A stretch of DNA of 64,000 nt from Rhizophagus irregularis (lineage: Eukaryota), in NCBI RefSeq assembly GCF_026210795.1, contig NC_089435.1, positions 620,001-684,000 on the forward strand, read 5' to 3'. Positions 26,725 through 39,740 of the stretch are shown in pieces. The notes beneath the pieces are model-generated. The model saw nothing but the letters and a program-made list of their open reading frames with translations, had not been told where the DNA came from and did no database searches. Made by a program: the position numbers and the translations under genes. The number at the start of each line of letters is the position of its first letter. Positions within the stretch are counted from its first letter, which is position 1.

Positions 26725-27154
26725 AGGACCCCGGACAATTATAATTAAGGTCATATCTTCTATGCTAAAAATTTACCCTTGTCATCCTGAACTTACTTTT
26801 AAAGCTATAGATACAAAACTTTGTAATAATAATTGCCCTCCTATTATCTATAATTTTGTTACTTAAAAAGTAATATTTAATAATAGTAATTTTTATTTTT
26901 TTGTATATTTCTATGTATACCGATGGTGAAAAAGCGTATATTTTTTTTGCCAAATTTTGCCTGTGTAACGATACTTATCTCAAATCTAATCAGTAGATTT
27001 ACAAGATTTTGGTATCAAAAGATTCTTCTCTTCAAAAGAAACATTTTTTTCTATGGTAAAAAATAATATTAACTTAATAAAATTACATGTTAAAAGAAAA
27101 ATAAAGTTTAAAACATAGTAAGATATGACCTCAATTATAATTATCCGGGGTCCT
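26725..27154. mobile_element. MITE with AGGACCC termini
   Basis: ~35-bp TIR aggaccccggacaattataattaaggtcatatctt; perfect 8-bp TSD gattaaat. Confidence 0.9.
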
Positions 27155-27629
27155 GATTAAATACTACGTTAATATTTAGATTCGCATATAATCATATATT
27201 TTGTCAAAAGGACTGTCTGAATTTTTTGGAATAACTTACTAGTATTTGAACCAGGAGTTTCTAGTAAAAATTGAACTTATGATAACAACATAACGAAACT
27301 ACTCTATCAAGCTCCATAATGTTCGTTTTTACGTTATTTGCTAGTACTGCACGTACTATTATTATCTAAAAAATTTATCTTTTGTTACAGATTTTAAAGT
27401 TTTAATTCTTTCGGAAAAGTATATAGCACAAATCACGGATTTAGTCTAAAAGAGTAATTCTCAATGCCGAATTATTTTGCCTTTAGAAGTGTGGAATTCC
27501 AAAAAATTCAGATCTTTTCGGCAACATTAAAAATTGCACTTAACAATTAGTAAATAAAAACAGTTGTCAACAAAAAATATTATTTATTTATTCATTATGA
27601 ATCCGTTTTAAATAAGCTATTAATGACCA

Positions 27630-27870
27630 CCCTATAAAAAATGTTTGTCTGATAAATATTCGGAATGGGGTCAATTATCCGAACACTCACACGTTATTAT
27701 ACAATATTTGTTACAATTTAATACAAGATGCAGAGATTGAGAATTTTCGACCACATAAAAAACGTACAATATCATGATAATTGTCCAATAAATGTCAAGT
27801 AAATGTTCGGAACGGGGTCAATTTTCCGAACAAAAAACCGAACAGCGTTTGGACAACTTTTTTTATAGGG
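27630..27870. mobile_element. CCCTA-terminated MITE (CACTA/CMC-like), copy 1
   Basis: ccctataaaaaa...ttttttataggg; 3-bp TSD CCA; near-identical to 31237-31475. Confidence 0.9.
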
Positions 27871-28005
27871 CCAATATCAGCAAACAATGCTATTACTTTA
27901 ATATACAATACTTTAATAAAATAAATAAGCAAAATACTGTTATAGAATTTATTTCATTTATTTCATTTGTTTTTTTTTTAACATTTAAACAAAAATATTC
28001 TCAAT

Positions 28006-30574
28006 TTACTTTGCATGAATTTGTTCTAATTTATTTTGAGCATATTGATTTCCTTGTAATGCAGATTTTTTATACCAGTAAATTGCTTGATTTATGTCTT
28101 GAATAATTCCTTTTCCATTTTCATACATAAAAGCAAGATTATATTGAGCTGCAATATTTCCTAAATCTGCTGCCTTTTGATATAATTCAAATGCCCTTTT
28201 TTCATCAATATCAGTTCCAATTCCCCTCCTATAACAATCACCTAGATTACTTATTCCATATGCATTTCCTAAATCTGCTGCCCTTTGATATAATTCAAAT
28301 GCCTTTTTTTCATCAATATCAGTTCCAATTCCCCTTCTATAACAATTACCTAGATTACTTATTCCATATGCATTTCCTAAATCTGCTGCCCTTTGATATG
28401 ATTCAAATGCCTTTTTTCCATCAATATCAGTTCCAATTCCTTCTCTGTAATATTTACCTAGATTATTTATTCCACCTGCATTTCCTAAATCAGCTGCCTT
28501 TTGATATAATTCAAATGCCTTTTTTTCATCAATATCAACTCCAATTCCTTTTATATAACAATTACCTAAACTATTTATTCCATTTGCATTTCCTAAATCT
28601 GCTGCCTTTTGATATAATTCAAATGCCTTTTTTTCATCAATATCAGTTCCAATTCCTTGTTTATAACAATATCCTAAATTAAATATTCCACCTGCATTTT
28701 CTAAATCAGCTGCCTTTTGATATAATTCAAATGCCTTTTTTTCATCAATATTAATTCCTAATCCTTTTTGATAACAAACTCCTAAACGGTTTATTCCTTT
28801 TGAATATTCTCTTTCAGCTAATTTTTTAAATAATTCAAAAGCTTTATCATAATTTTTATAAACACCATACTCATATAGATAACAGCAACCAAGATTATAT
28901 TGTGCTATAATATTTCCTGAATTTGCAGCTACCTGATATAATTCAAATGCCTTTTTTTTATCAATCTTAATTTCAATTCCTAAATAATTAAAATCTCCAA
29001 GTAAAACAATAGAATTTGAATGATTTTGATTATTTAATAACCAAATATAAATTTCCTGTGGAGTTATATTATGATTATTAAGATAATTATAAATGCATAG
29101 TCTTTCTAATTCTTCATCTTCTACGCTTAATTTATCAGAAAGTTCAACCATTTCATCAACTGTCACCATAAAGTTATTATTTGATGATATTGAAGAATCT
29201 ATTTCTTTAATATTCATCTTGTCAAACTCTTGAATAAATTTGGATAATTCTCCATGTGATGAATTATTTATAGGATCCTCAAAAGCATTCAAATCGAGTT
29301 GTTGTTTATTGGATAATTGGTTTGTATAAGAATCATTTGTCCGAAAATCGTCTATAATCATGTTATTATTATTCAGAATAATTACATTTAATTTAAAGAC
29401 CACCTGATTGATAGTTGGACGACTATCTGGTTCATTATTCCAACAATCTAAAAAAAATAAATAGAATTAATTTAATTAACATTAATATAAACATAGAATT
29501 AATTATTAATTATATTTACCAGTATAAATATTCACATAATCTTCGGGTGTATCAGGAATGGGTGTCTCTCTAAGGCCTTGTGATATATTAATTGCTAAAC
29601 AAACGTCATACGGTTTACCTTCAGTATAAAAAGGAGGATTGCCACTAGATATCTCCCATAAAAGTATTCCAATACTATAAATATCACTTTTTTTATTTAA
29701 TTTATAATCTTGATTACTGAAACTTTTTGGGTCAATATAAGGAATTACTCCAAATAATTTCGTTGAAGAAAGGTTGGATGATTCCTCAATTCTTTTTGAT
29801 AGACCAAAATCAGCTAATTTAACTATATTTTGATGAACTAATACATTTTTGGAATGCTATTAAATACAATAAATTTATTAATTACAATTCAAAAACATGA
29901 AATAATAAAATGTAAACAAATGAATTACCAGATCACGGTGAATAATTCCTTCATCATGTAAGCATAATATAGCACAAGCCAACTGAGATGCCATATTAAA
30001 TTTATTATTCCAGGTAAGATTATCAAAATGTTCCTTCAAATATTCTCGAAGAGTACCTCCATCTGCATATTCCATTACCAACCAATATTTTTTTGAATTA
30101 TCAACTTGATTTTCTTTGTAAAAGAAAAAAAATAAAATAAATTTAGATTTTACAATCAAATTATGCATGAAAAGAAAGTATATTATACCTGTTGCAATAC
30201 CACAGAAACGAATAATATTCTCATGAAAATCCACTTCACGCTGAATTTTAAGCTAAATAGAATTTTAAATTAGAAGTTATATAAATTATAGGGTAATAAT
30301 TATTTATTATTACCTCTTTAACTATTTCTTTAATTGTGACGTTGTTAAAATTGAAAAAAGATTTTAATGCCAAATAATTAGGAGAACTTTTCCAGTTCGC
30401 ACGGTAAACTTTCCCAAACCCTCCAAATCCAATTTCTTGAAAATTACTGAAATGATTGAGTTCATAATATTTAAAGTAATCTTTTGCAATGGCTTCTTCA
30501 ATCCAATTAATACACTCATTATTTGAATTTTCAGTAAAATTTACGGGTATATTAAACTCGGTGTTATTAGACAT
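28006..30574 (-). CDS. TKL kinase with C-terminal Sel1-like repeats (RD kinase)
   Basis: Exons 30574-30314, 30252-30189, 30113-29929, 29856-29520, 29447-28006 in frame; GFGGFGKVY, LALK, HRDLHSKN, DFG; ~10 Sel1 repeats of 36 aa. Confidence 0.9.
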
Positions 30575-31236
30575 TATTGGGTTTAATTTTCATTGACGAA
30601 GATAATATTTTTTTTTTTCATGCAATTTATGCAATTTAAGTTTGCTTATTAAAAGGACTGGTATTACCAAGACGTAATTGTGCATGGAAGTACAGTAACT
30701 GTCGATCACTTCAGGTGATACTTTAAAAATAGGTGTATGCCAGACACTATGGCTGTATATATCTATCTATTTGATGATTTTATATATGAAGCACACCCAA
30801 GATACTACTCAAAATGTAAATATTACAATAAAAGACATGTTTTCGTAATGCATCATTACATCATATTTTTTTTTTTTTTTTTTTCATCATTACATCATAT
30901 TTTCTTTGTACATTTTTTTTTACATTTAAAAAGTTTGACGTTTTTGGTAACTCAAAAAATTAATCTAACTTTAATTGGAATGATCAACGAATTGAAAATA
31001 TAACGGGATGATTGAAAATTACGGCCCGTATTTAGAGATAATTCTGGCTCGAATTAACTAAAATCTGATCTGCACAATATAAACTAAAACGTCCAGTCAG
31101 TCCTAAAAATTCAATGTTGTTTAATATTTTAAAATCATAAATAATATCGCATAAAATTATAAAATTGCAATTTTAATTTAAAAATTCTGGTCTGGGTACG
31201 GTTCAGACCATATCTTCATATTTTAATTAATAACTA

Positions 31237-31475
31237 CCCTATAAAAATGTTTGTCTGATAAATATTCGGAATGGGTCGATTTTCCGAGCACTTGCACGTT
31301 ATTATACAATATTTGTTACAATTTAATACAAGATTCAGAGATTGAGAATTTTCGACCACATAAAAAACGTACAATATCATGATAAATGTCCAATAAATGT
31401 CAAGTAAATGTTCGGAACGGGGTCAATTTTCCGAACAAAAAACCGAACAGTGTTTGGGCAACTTTTTTTATAGGG
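31237..31475. mobile_element. CCCTA-terminated MITE, copy 2
   Basis: Same TIRs and interior as 27630-27870; 3-bp TSD CTA. Confidence 0.9.
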
Positions 31476-31544
31476 CTATCATTTTTTTTAATCAAGGAAC
31501 ATATCGTCACTCAACCGGAGAAATTTAATTAATACAACACAACA

Positions 31545-32270
31545 CAGTTAAAGTTATACCGAAGAGTTCATGAAAATATCATACGATTTTGTGGAATCGC
31601 AAAGATAGAATTTATTATTTTAAAATATAAATAAAATTGATTAATTAGGTAAAATTTAAAAATATTCTTTAGTCTTAGAATACGCTGATAGCGGTACGTT
31701 AAATGCTTACTTATTTAATCAACTATTTTAATGAATTGAACTGGAATGATAGATCCCACTTAGAATTGCAATTGGCTAGCCGTAGAGTTTTTGCATGATA
31801 ATGAGTAATACTATATATTTTTTATATATTTATTCATTCTAATATCATTTATTTAAAAAAGAATACAGTATAATAATTGAAGCATACTTATACATCAGAA
31901 AAACATTAAATTAGCAGACTTTGGTTTATCAAAAAAAATTGTTGAAGCATTACCCTACCTATATGAACCCAAAGTTTCAATAACAAAGAAAATTATAAAT
32001 TAAATAAAAAGTCTGATGTATACAACATTGGAGTTTTATTTTGGCAAATTTTGTGGATGTAGACCTTTTCGTGAAATTGATTATGGTCCAAGTTTAATGT
32101 TATTTATATTAAATGGTAAAAGAGAAAAAATTGTTGATTGAAATAAATACAGTAAATTATATACAGGTAACATTTATATAGTCATTATTAGTAATACTTT
32201 TTTTTATGAGCATTATGAATACTAATTTTATTTACTAATTGATTAGCATATTGAACGCCTAAATATGCAA
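31545..32270 (+). pseudogene. Degenerate TKL kinase fragment
   Basis: HENIIRFCGI, YSLVLEYADSGTL, IKLADFGLSKKI, KSDVYNIGVLFWQI, interrupted by frameshifts and deletions. Confidence 0.8.
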
Positions 32271-32334
32271 CAGAGTGAGTTAAATTATTTTTAAATCCTT
32301 TATAAATGCCTCGATTAAAAGCTACCTTTTATAC

Positions 32335-33105
32335 TTAATTTTATTTATACAATATCTGTCTTATGTACTATACCTATTATTAGAAAAAAAAATTAAAAAA
32401 AAATTTCTGAAAGATTTTATTATATTTATACCGATCTATTGCTATTGGCATTATTAAAAAAAATCAGAAAATTTTATTTATACAATACGTACCCGTCTTA
32501 TGTATTATACCAATCTATTGTTATTATTAGAAAAAAAAATTTAGAAAAAATATTTTGTTATATCTATAATGATCTATTGGCGTTATTAGAAAATTTTATT
32601 TATACAATATCTGTCTTACGTACTATACCTATTATTAGAAAAAAAAATTTAAAAAATATTTCTGAAAGATTTTGTTAGATTTATTGATATTAAAAAAAAA
32701 TGGTTAGGAAAATTTTATTTATACAATATGTATTATAGTACCTATTATTAGAAAAAAAATTTAAAAAAAAATTCTGAAAGATTTTATTATATTTATAATG
32801 ATCTATTGCTATTGGCATTATTAAAAATAAATCAAAAGATTTTATTTATACAATACGTACCCGTCTTATGTTCAATACCAATCTATTTTTATTATTAGAA
32901 AAAAAAACTTTAAAAAAAATTCTGAAAGATCTATAACGATCTATTGGTATTATTAAAAAATAAATCAGAAAATTTTATTATAAAATATCTGCCATATGTA
33001 TTTTATTATACTATCTATTGTTATTATTAGAAAAAAAATTTTTAAAAAAAATTTCTGAAAGATCTATAGCGATCTATTGGTTATTAAAAAAATAAATCAG
33101 AAAGG
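32335..33105. repeat. AT-rich degenerate tandem array; further units at ~33840-34000
   Basis: Recurrent ttttatttatacaata..tattattagaaaaaaaa..tttctgaaagat..gatctattgg units. Confidence 0.8.
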
Positions 33106-34696
33106 TATAGTGACTTTTTATTATAAAATGATCGACATATTTTGTGTAACAGTATATTCCTTGCCCCGTACGAAATCTTTTACATAACAATACACTTTGA
33201 AATTTTAAACATATCTTTACAATATCTTGAAACTATCACACATTAATTTTTATTAAAACTATAAACTATTATTGAATTACTTTTATTAATAACAACATTT
33301 AAAGTCTTATATCTAATAAAAAAAATTATTAAATTAAAAAAAAATATAATTGTTATTGATTATAAGACCAAATATTCTTTTTATGCTATTAAAATAGAAC
33401 TTATTTATGTAATTTTTACAAGTTTAATATAAGCTAATTGGATAAAAAAGTAAAAAACTTGAATTTCTATAAAAATTAATAATTAATTTGCCTTTTATGC
33501 AATATGTTTTTTGATTCTACATAAAAATACATATATTTCATTATTAAATGATGTTTAGTTTTCATACAAACTTGCATCTCTGGGTTTAAGTCAACAAAAT
33601 AGGAGAAGTTAACCTAATATAAGTTTTTTATGCAAGTATTGTACTGTCAAAATAAACGTCAAAATAAGCAGAAAAAAGTCTAAAGAACAAAAGTTTTCTA
33701 AAGTCCGTATAAAGGTTGTTTGAGAGAAAACCATCATGTTATATTAGAAGCGTTTGTGCAGATCATTTTTTATTGCGCAAATTTTAATTTAGTAAAAATC
33801 AACACTTCCCATGACATGACCGAGGTTTGATATGTATTTTATTATACGATCTATTGTTATTATTAGAAAAAAAATTTAGAAAAAATTTCTGAAAGATTTT
33901 GTTATATCTATAAAGATCTATTAGCATTATTAGAAAATTTTATTTATACTATATCTGTCTTATGTACTATACCTATTATTAGAAAAAAAAATTTTAAAAA
34001 AAAATTCAAAAAAAATGTTTCAAAATGTTTTTCTATAAGTGTTTTATATAAAAAAAATGTTTTCAACATTTCTTATATTATTATTAATAAAAAACATAGC
34101 AAACCATTTTTTTATGTGTTTTAATATAAAAAATGGTTTGCAATATTTCATAAAATTTTGCTAGAGTTATCCTATAATCAAATTATTAGAAATTAAAATC
34201 CTTATTGGCTGAGATATGTCAATTTGAAGTTCTAATGCCAGTGTTCAATAACTTTCATTTAAAAAATCTTTAAAAGCATGTTAAGCTCCCCCCATGAAAA
34301 TGACCTCTTGTTAATTATTAGCAATTAACCTAGTGATAATTATTGGTAATTATCAAATTTGTTAATCATCGTTATATTTCTTACGATAAAATGTGATAAA
34401 TACCGATAGGGTGATGAACATCGATATTTATCTCCTGAAAAATTTTCCCGATGGTTAAAATCAAATAATCTATTGGTTAAATAAATTCTAGGAAAACGGG
34501 AACCGTCGTAAGTCCGGAGCGAAAAACTAAAATTTGTGATTTCATTGGGCGACGATCACGTGGCTGACAGAGAAATTCACGTGATCGTTTTTTTCATAGT
34601 GCGTAGACATATGGACAATAAAATATGACAAATAAAAAAAATTTTTTTTTTTAGCTAAATAACATAATAATTTAATGAATAATATAAAAAAAAATT

Positions 34697-37028
34697 TCAG
34701 AACTTATATTCATTACGAAATCTAATAGCAGCTTCGTAACCATTATAAACACCTAATTCTATATAATTCTTGGCTTTTTCTATATTTTTTTTACATCCAA
34801 TACCATTATAATACATATTTCCAACGTTGTACATTGCTACTACAACACCATCTTCAGCAGCTTTTTCAAAATATTTAAGAGCTTCTGATTCATTCTTATC
34901 AACACCTTTACCATTAAACAAACAAGCTCCATATCTTACTTTTGCATCAGGGTGTTCATTTGCGTCATCATCAGCAACTTCTTTAAATAATTCAGCAATA
35001 ATTTTATCTTTATTTGGAGGGCTCTCAGCAAATCCTCTTGAAATGTAAATTGCTTTATAATATTTTGCTGTGATTTGATTACGGTTTGCTGTACCTCCTG
35101 TATTACCAAGGTTTGCATAGGCTTCAAAACATTTATATGCAGTTTTTACATCTCCACTAGGCCTGCCATTTTTAAACATCTTATGTTGTTTCGCTGCATC
35201 AGCAAGTGTCATGTATTTAAATGATTCAAAATCTAAATTAATAGGAAGTGCATATGCATCTTGATCAATGCTGAATGCTCGTTTTTGAATAAACTTCGGA
35301 GTGGAAGGTTTTCTGTCTAGGGTTAAATTACAAAAACTTGATGGTTCTTGTGAATATTTCTTGAAACAATTATTAAGAACTTCAAACATGTTCGTGATTT
35401 TTGGCCTAAAATCTGGGTCATGATAAACGGCTAAAAAAAAAGAAACCAATTAAGTACAACAAATAAAATTGTAATTTAAAATATTTTCTTTTACATACCT
35501 TCAATTTCTAATCGTTTGAATTCTTCTGGCATTTGACTATTTTCAGAAAATGGTTCTCTATACGTTTTATTACGTACCTTATCAATTATATCCACAATAT
35601 CATTACTATCCTGATATGGAACTCTTTCTTCAGCAATTTCCCAAAGTAAGATTCCAAAACTATAAATCTCACATCTTTGATCATATTTATAATTTGGCGG
35701 CCTATCCAACAATTCAGGTGCACAATAACGAACTCGATCAAAGTCTGGGTTACCGCGTTCGCCGTGTTGGTAACGAATTAATTTGAAATTTGCAAGTTTT
35801 GCTGTCTCATTAAGTGTAATTAATATATTTTTAGCTCTAATATCTTGATGAAAAATCTAAAAAAAAAAAAAAATTAAAAAAAAATTTTCGTTAATTAAAT
35901 AAAAGCTGGTTATATAATTACCTCTACAGTTCTTAAAAAATTTAATCCACGAGCAATATCAAGAGATATACGTAATTTTGATTTAAGGTCGAAATCATTT
36001 TTATTTTGATAAAATTCACGTAAATTTCCACGTTCAGCCCATTCAGTCACAAAATAATGACATTTATTTTCATCAGAAATTATTCCATAAAATTTTATGA
36101 TGTTTTGCCAATCATGAAGTTCTTTAAGAATTGTAACTTTATTTTGTACAATCATATAGTTTTCTGCCTCAGAGATATTTTTAAAAGCAAATACTTCACC
36201 TTTATTTGTTGTTTTATACCATTTATTTACATGTCTATCATCACTTTCATAATCAGAAAATTTTAATGGATGTATCTGAAAGATATTATCAATTTTTGTT
36301 TGATTTTGAGAAGTTTCATTCATAAATTTTTTCATTGTATTATTCATTACATCAACTTTTACAACTGTTGAAAAAAACTTTTCACTTAAGACTGTGAAGC
36401 AGTCGTTATCATTAATACCAGCCACCATTCCTAATATATACTATAATTATTAAAATAATTTAAAATTAATTTTATGTTCAATTAAAAGTAAAATAAAACT
36501 CAATTTTTTTTATAATCTTACTTTAAATAAATCATCTTGATCGGATTTTAATTGTTCAAGTTCATCAGCAATTTCAACGTTAATAGAAAAAGACAATAAG
36601 TTAATACAACTGTCAGATTCCATACATAATTCTTTAAAAATTTTCTCAACACTTTTCTCTTTAAGGTATTTTATCAAAGTTTTCATTAGAGAGATTTCTG
36701 ATATAAATTTTTTAATTTGCGTTATAATAGTAGATAATTCTTGTAAACGTATATAATTTATTCTATTAAAGAAATCTTGTCTGTCTTTTTTTTTATCTCT
36801 AAGATCTCGTACGGCTAATTCTGCAACACGAACTCGATTTTTTAATATTTTACAAGTTCGTTTATTGTGTTCAGCAGCTTCTACTAATTCGATGATTTCG
36901 TTAAAAAAATTTCCAATTTCATTAATTAAAGGAAGAAATTTTGCAAATGGAACAACCATTAAAGCACTATCTTCCAAATTTTCAACGAAATCATCTTCTT
37001 TATTATTTTTTGATCCATCATCTCCCAT
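34697..37028 (-). CDS. MLKL-like protein: N-terminal helical bundle + pseudokinase + Sel1 repeats (~705 aa)
   Basis: Exons 37028-36522, 36440-35922, 35856-35499, 35430-34697 in frame (2118 nt); PFAKFLPLI..AEHNKRTCKILKNRV helical N-terminus; no Gly loop, FAFK, HQDIRAKN, KLANFKL, YCAPE, CEIYSFG; C-terminal Sel1 repeats. Confidence 0.85.
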
Positions 37029-38629
37029 TTCTAATAATTTATTTAATTAATAATTTAGTCGAAAAAAAGTTTTTTTTTTTTACGAAACTACAATCATCGT
37101 TTTTATTTATTCATGTATGTGCTGTACTACCATTGTGATCAGAAATCCCACGCACAATATATTTATAATTATATTATCAAAAAAAGACATCTATAGCTTG
37201 GTGTTACTAAATTATAAATTTATATGGGGTGATCAAATAGGAAATAAAGATTAATCGGAAGAGGGAGTAGCTATATCGGTCACAGGACCGAATGATTGGA
37301 TGAAAATGGGCCATGTAGTGACCATTTCATCAATCAATGAAGGTTTTTTTGATCATGTATTAATTAATATTAGCTATTTTTAATCCATTATATAAGCCTT
37401 ATTTTAACTTTTTCCTACAAAATATTCATTTACACCATATCCACTTTATTATATTATATTAATCATGTGTTATTACTATGCCTAATAAACTATTGGGCTG
37501 AACATAACGGTTACACGAAATCAAGAATACATTTCTTTTTGTATAGCTTGATAATAGCTCTACAGTGCAACATGAATATATGATATTTCGTGCTATTGTT
37601 TTAAAATATAAATTAAACGCAAACTATTATCATGGAGATAAGGAATTGTTATAAGTATTTTCTATCATTTAGTAAATTTTATATTAAAAAAACTATTTAC
37701 ATTAACGTGATAATTTTATGTTAAATCCATTGTTTATTCTGTTAACTCAAAATACTTCAGTTAAGTAGTATTATTTTATTTATTTCCTTATCTCAATATC
37801 TCACGTCCTTTTTTTCGATTACCAATATTATTAATTTTTTTCGTATTTCCCTTAGCATCATTCATTCTTTTTTTAAAAGAAACAATTAGATAGTAATTTA
37901 TTCTTTTCGTTCCCTTTTATTATTAAAGAATTTTTAAAAATTATTTAATTGCAGTTTATGGGTTTTTAATTACATTAGAATAAACCTTCAATGTGGACGA
38001 TCTAATTAATAGACCTTGATAAGTTTAGTAAATTTCATTTTCTTAATGATAATGGCAACGCTAACTACCTGCTAAAAAAAGTTGATACATATCTATTAAA
38101 AAATTTTTTTTTTTTTTTTTGAACTTAATCTATTCTTAACTATATTTTTTTAGTATTAATTCGTATTTTGTTTAATTTCTGTCGGAAAATCAGAAACTTG
38201 TGCGACATAAACAAAAAACAAACAAATCTTCGTAATATGTTATCATCCATTTGTATCAAGACAAACATTACATCATTTATATATCACTTATTTCGTCATG
38301 TATTCTGTATTTCTCCATGTATTTCGTCATGTATCAAATGGATTTATTCGGATTATTTAAATAATTATCATTTTAATTAAAATACCGAATTCAAAAAAAA
38401 GTTAGCATGGCGATTTAAAAGAAACTTACCATTTACAATAATGATTTTAGCGAAATCACAAATATTTTTTTTTTATTGTTGTAGCCTTAGATTTCTTTGT
38501 CTAACCAAATTATTAACACCAAAAAATTTGAAACATAATAAATTTTTTAAAAAAGAAAATCAATCTTTAATATATATTAAGAAATTCTTTGCTAACGAAA
38601 AATTATCAAACAATATAAACAATATTAAA

Positions 38630-38880
38630 TTGACAACATAGATCAGAGGTTTAAACAAAAAATGAAATAATATTTGAATGGATACCTTTTATGATATCAA
38701 AGTAATAGGTAGAGGTGGTATATTCAGCAAGATGACGGTATATCCCATTATATCAGTTGGGATAGAAAAGAATATACAAGAGATTTAAATAAGACAATGG
38801 CTTTAAAAAGTTTAAATAATTAAGAAGTTTAAATAATTTCCAAAATATTTCCAAATTCCAATAAATTTTTAAGTAAGGTA
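38630..38880 (+). pseudogene. Highly degenerate kinase N-lobe fragment
   Basis: FEWIPF, VIGRGG, WDRKEYTRDLNKTMALKSL pieces with stops. Confidence 0.55.
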
Positions 38881-39289
38881 TGAAAATTTTTTATAATTAA
38901 TTTGAATCGCTCAGTAATAATAATAACATTCCAAAGATTCAGATCCACAAAATCTTTAATTTCAGTATGCCTCTATTCTTGCATCAGAAAAGTTCCTTGA
39001 GATCAACGAGTCCAATGAGATGTGTAATTTTAAAACGATAATTGTTCTGTCCTCAACAATATTTGTACCAAGTGTTACTGGTTCCAGTCTAGATAACAAT
39101 TAAATGTCTATCTAAAAGATCCTTCTGTAAAGTATAAACATAAAGATATATTATAATTGAGAAGGTTTTTAGTTTTAAAGAAATTTGTATATTGTTACTC
39201 ATCCCTATTTATTAGTATTTTTTCAATATCTGTTGAATTACTGATATATTTTAAGTTTTTGGACTAAGCATATTTGTTTATTAATTAAG

Positions 39290-39740
39290 TACTTTGTGTC
39301 ACAAAATTTCTGTGTTCAAATGGCGATTAGATAAAAACCACACCCCATTCACTTTAGCGAGGCTGCTTGAATTATATAAGTTATTCATCTTCGCAGGACT
39401 CCTGCTTTACTGGGTGTTTTTCGCACCCGTTACCAATTTCATGCATAGAGTTCCTTCTCCACACCACATATATTTTCCTTTTTTTCTCCTTTTAGGGTTT
39501 TTCGGCGTCTTTCTTCTCTTTTGGATTCTTTTTGTTGTTCATTCTCTTTAGGGTTTTTGGGTTTGTTGGCAGATCAAAGGCCAGCATTCTGATCTCTTAG
39601 GTAGCATTAGATAGGCGGGCGGCTCCTATAGGGGTTTTTCATTTTACTAAATAGGCATATTAGTTTCTATATGTAACGCTTAGCTAGACTGTAAATGAAA
39701 CAGATCTGTCTTCATTCATGTTAAAAATAAAAATAAAATA
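39290..39740 (+). mobile_element. Possible 5'-truncated non-LTR retrotransposon 3' end
   Basis: Locally higher GC, T-rich 3'UTR-like tract, ending in an A-rich tail taaaaataaaaataaaataa. Confidence 0.35.

Noticed and set aside
27792..28106. Short ORF-track calls overlapping MITEs or AT-rich DNA (e.g. 12003, 26765, 32439, 57272, 60474)
   Set aside because: Low-complexity chance ORFs, many with non-ATG starts
28191..28682. Repetitive plus-strand ORFs (also 46089-46301 and 63654-63953)
   Set aside because: Antisense shadows of Sel1 coding repeats
27630..31475. Past transposition of the gene as a composite element
   Set aside because: Outer flanks differ (CCA vs CTA) and each MITE has its own TSD
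35075..35120. NLGNTGGTANRNQ as an amyloid or RHIM signalling motif in the MLKL-like protein
   Set aside because: Short, internal to the Sel1 region, lacks a RHIM core, and has no matching motif in neighbouring genes
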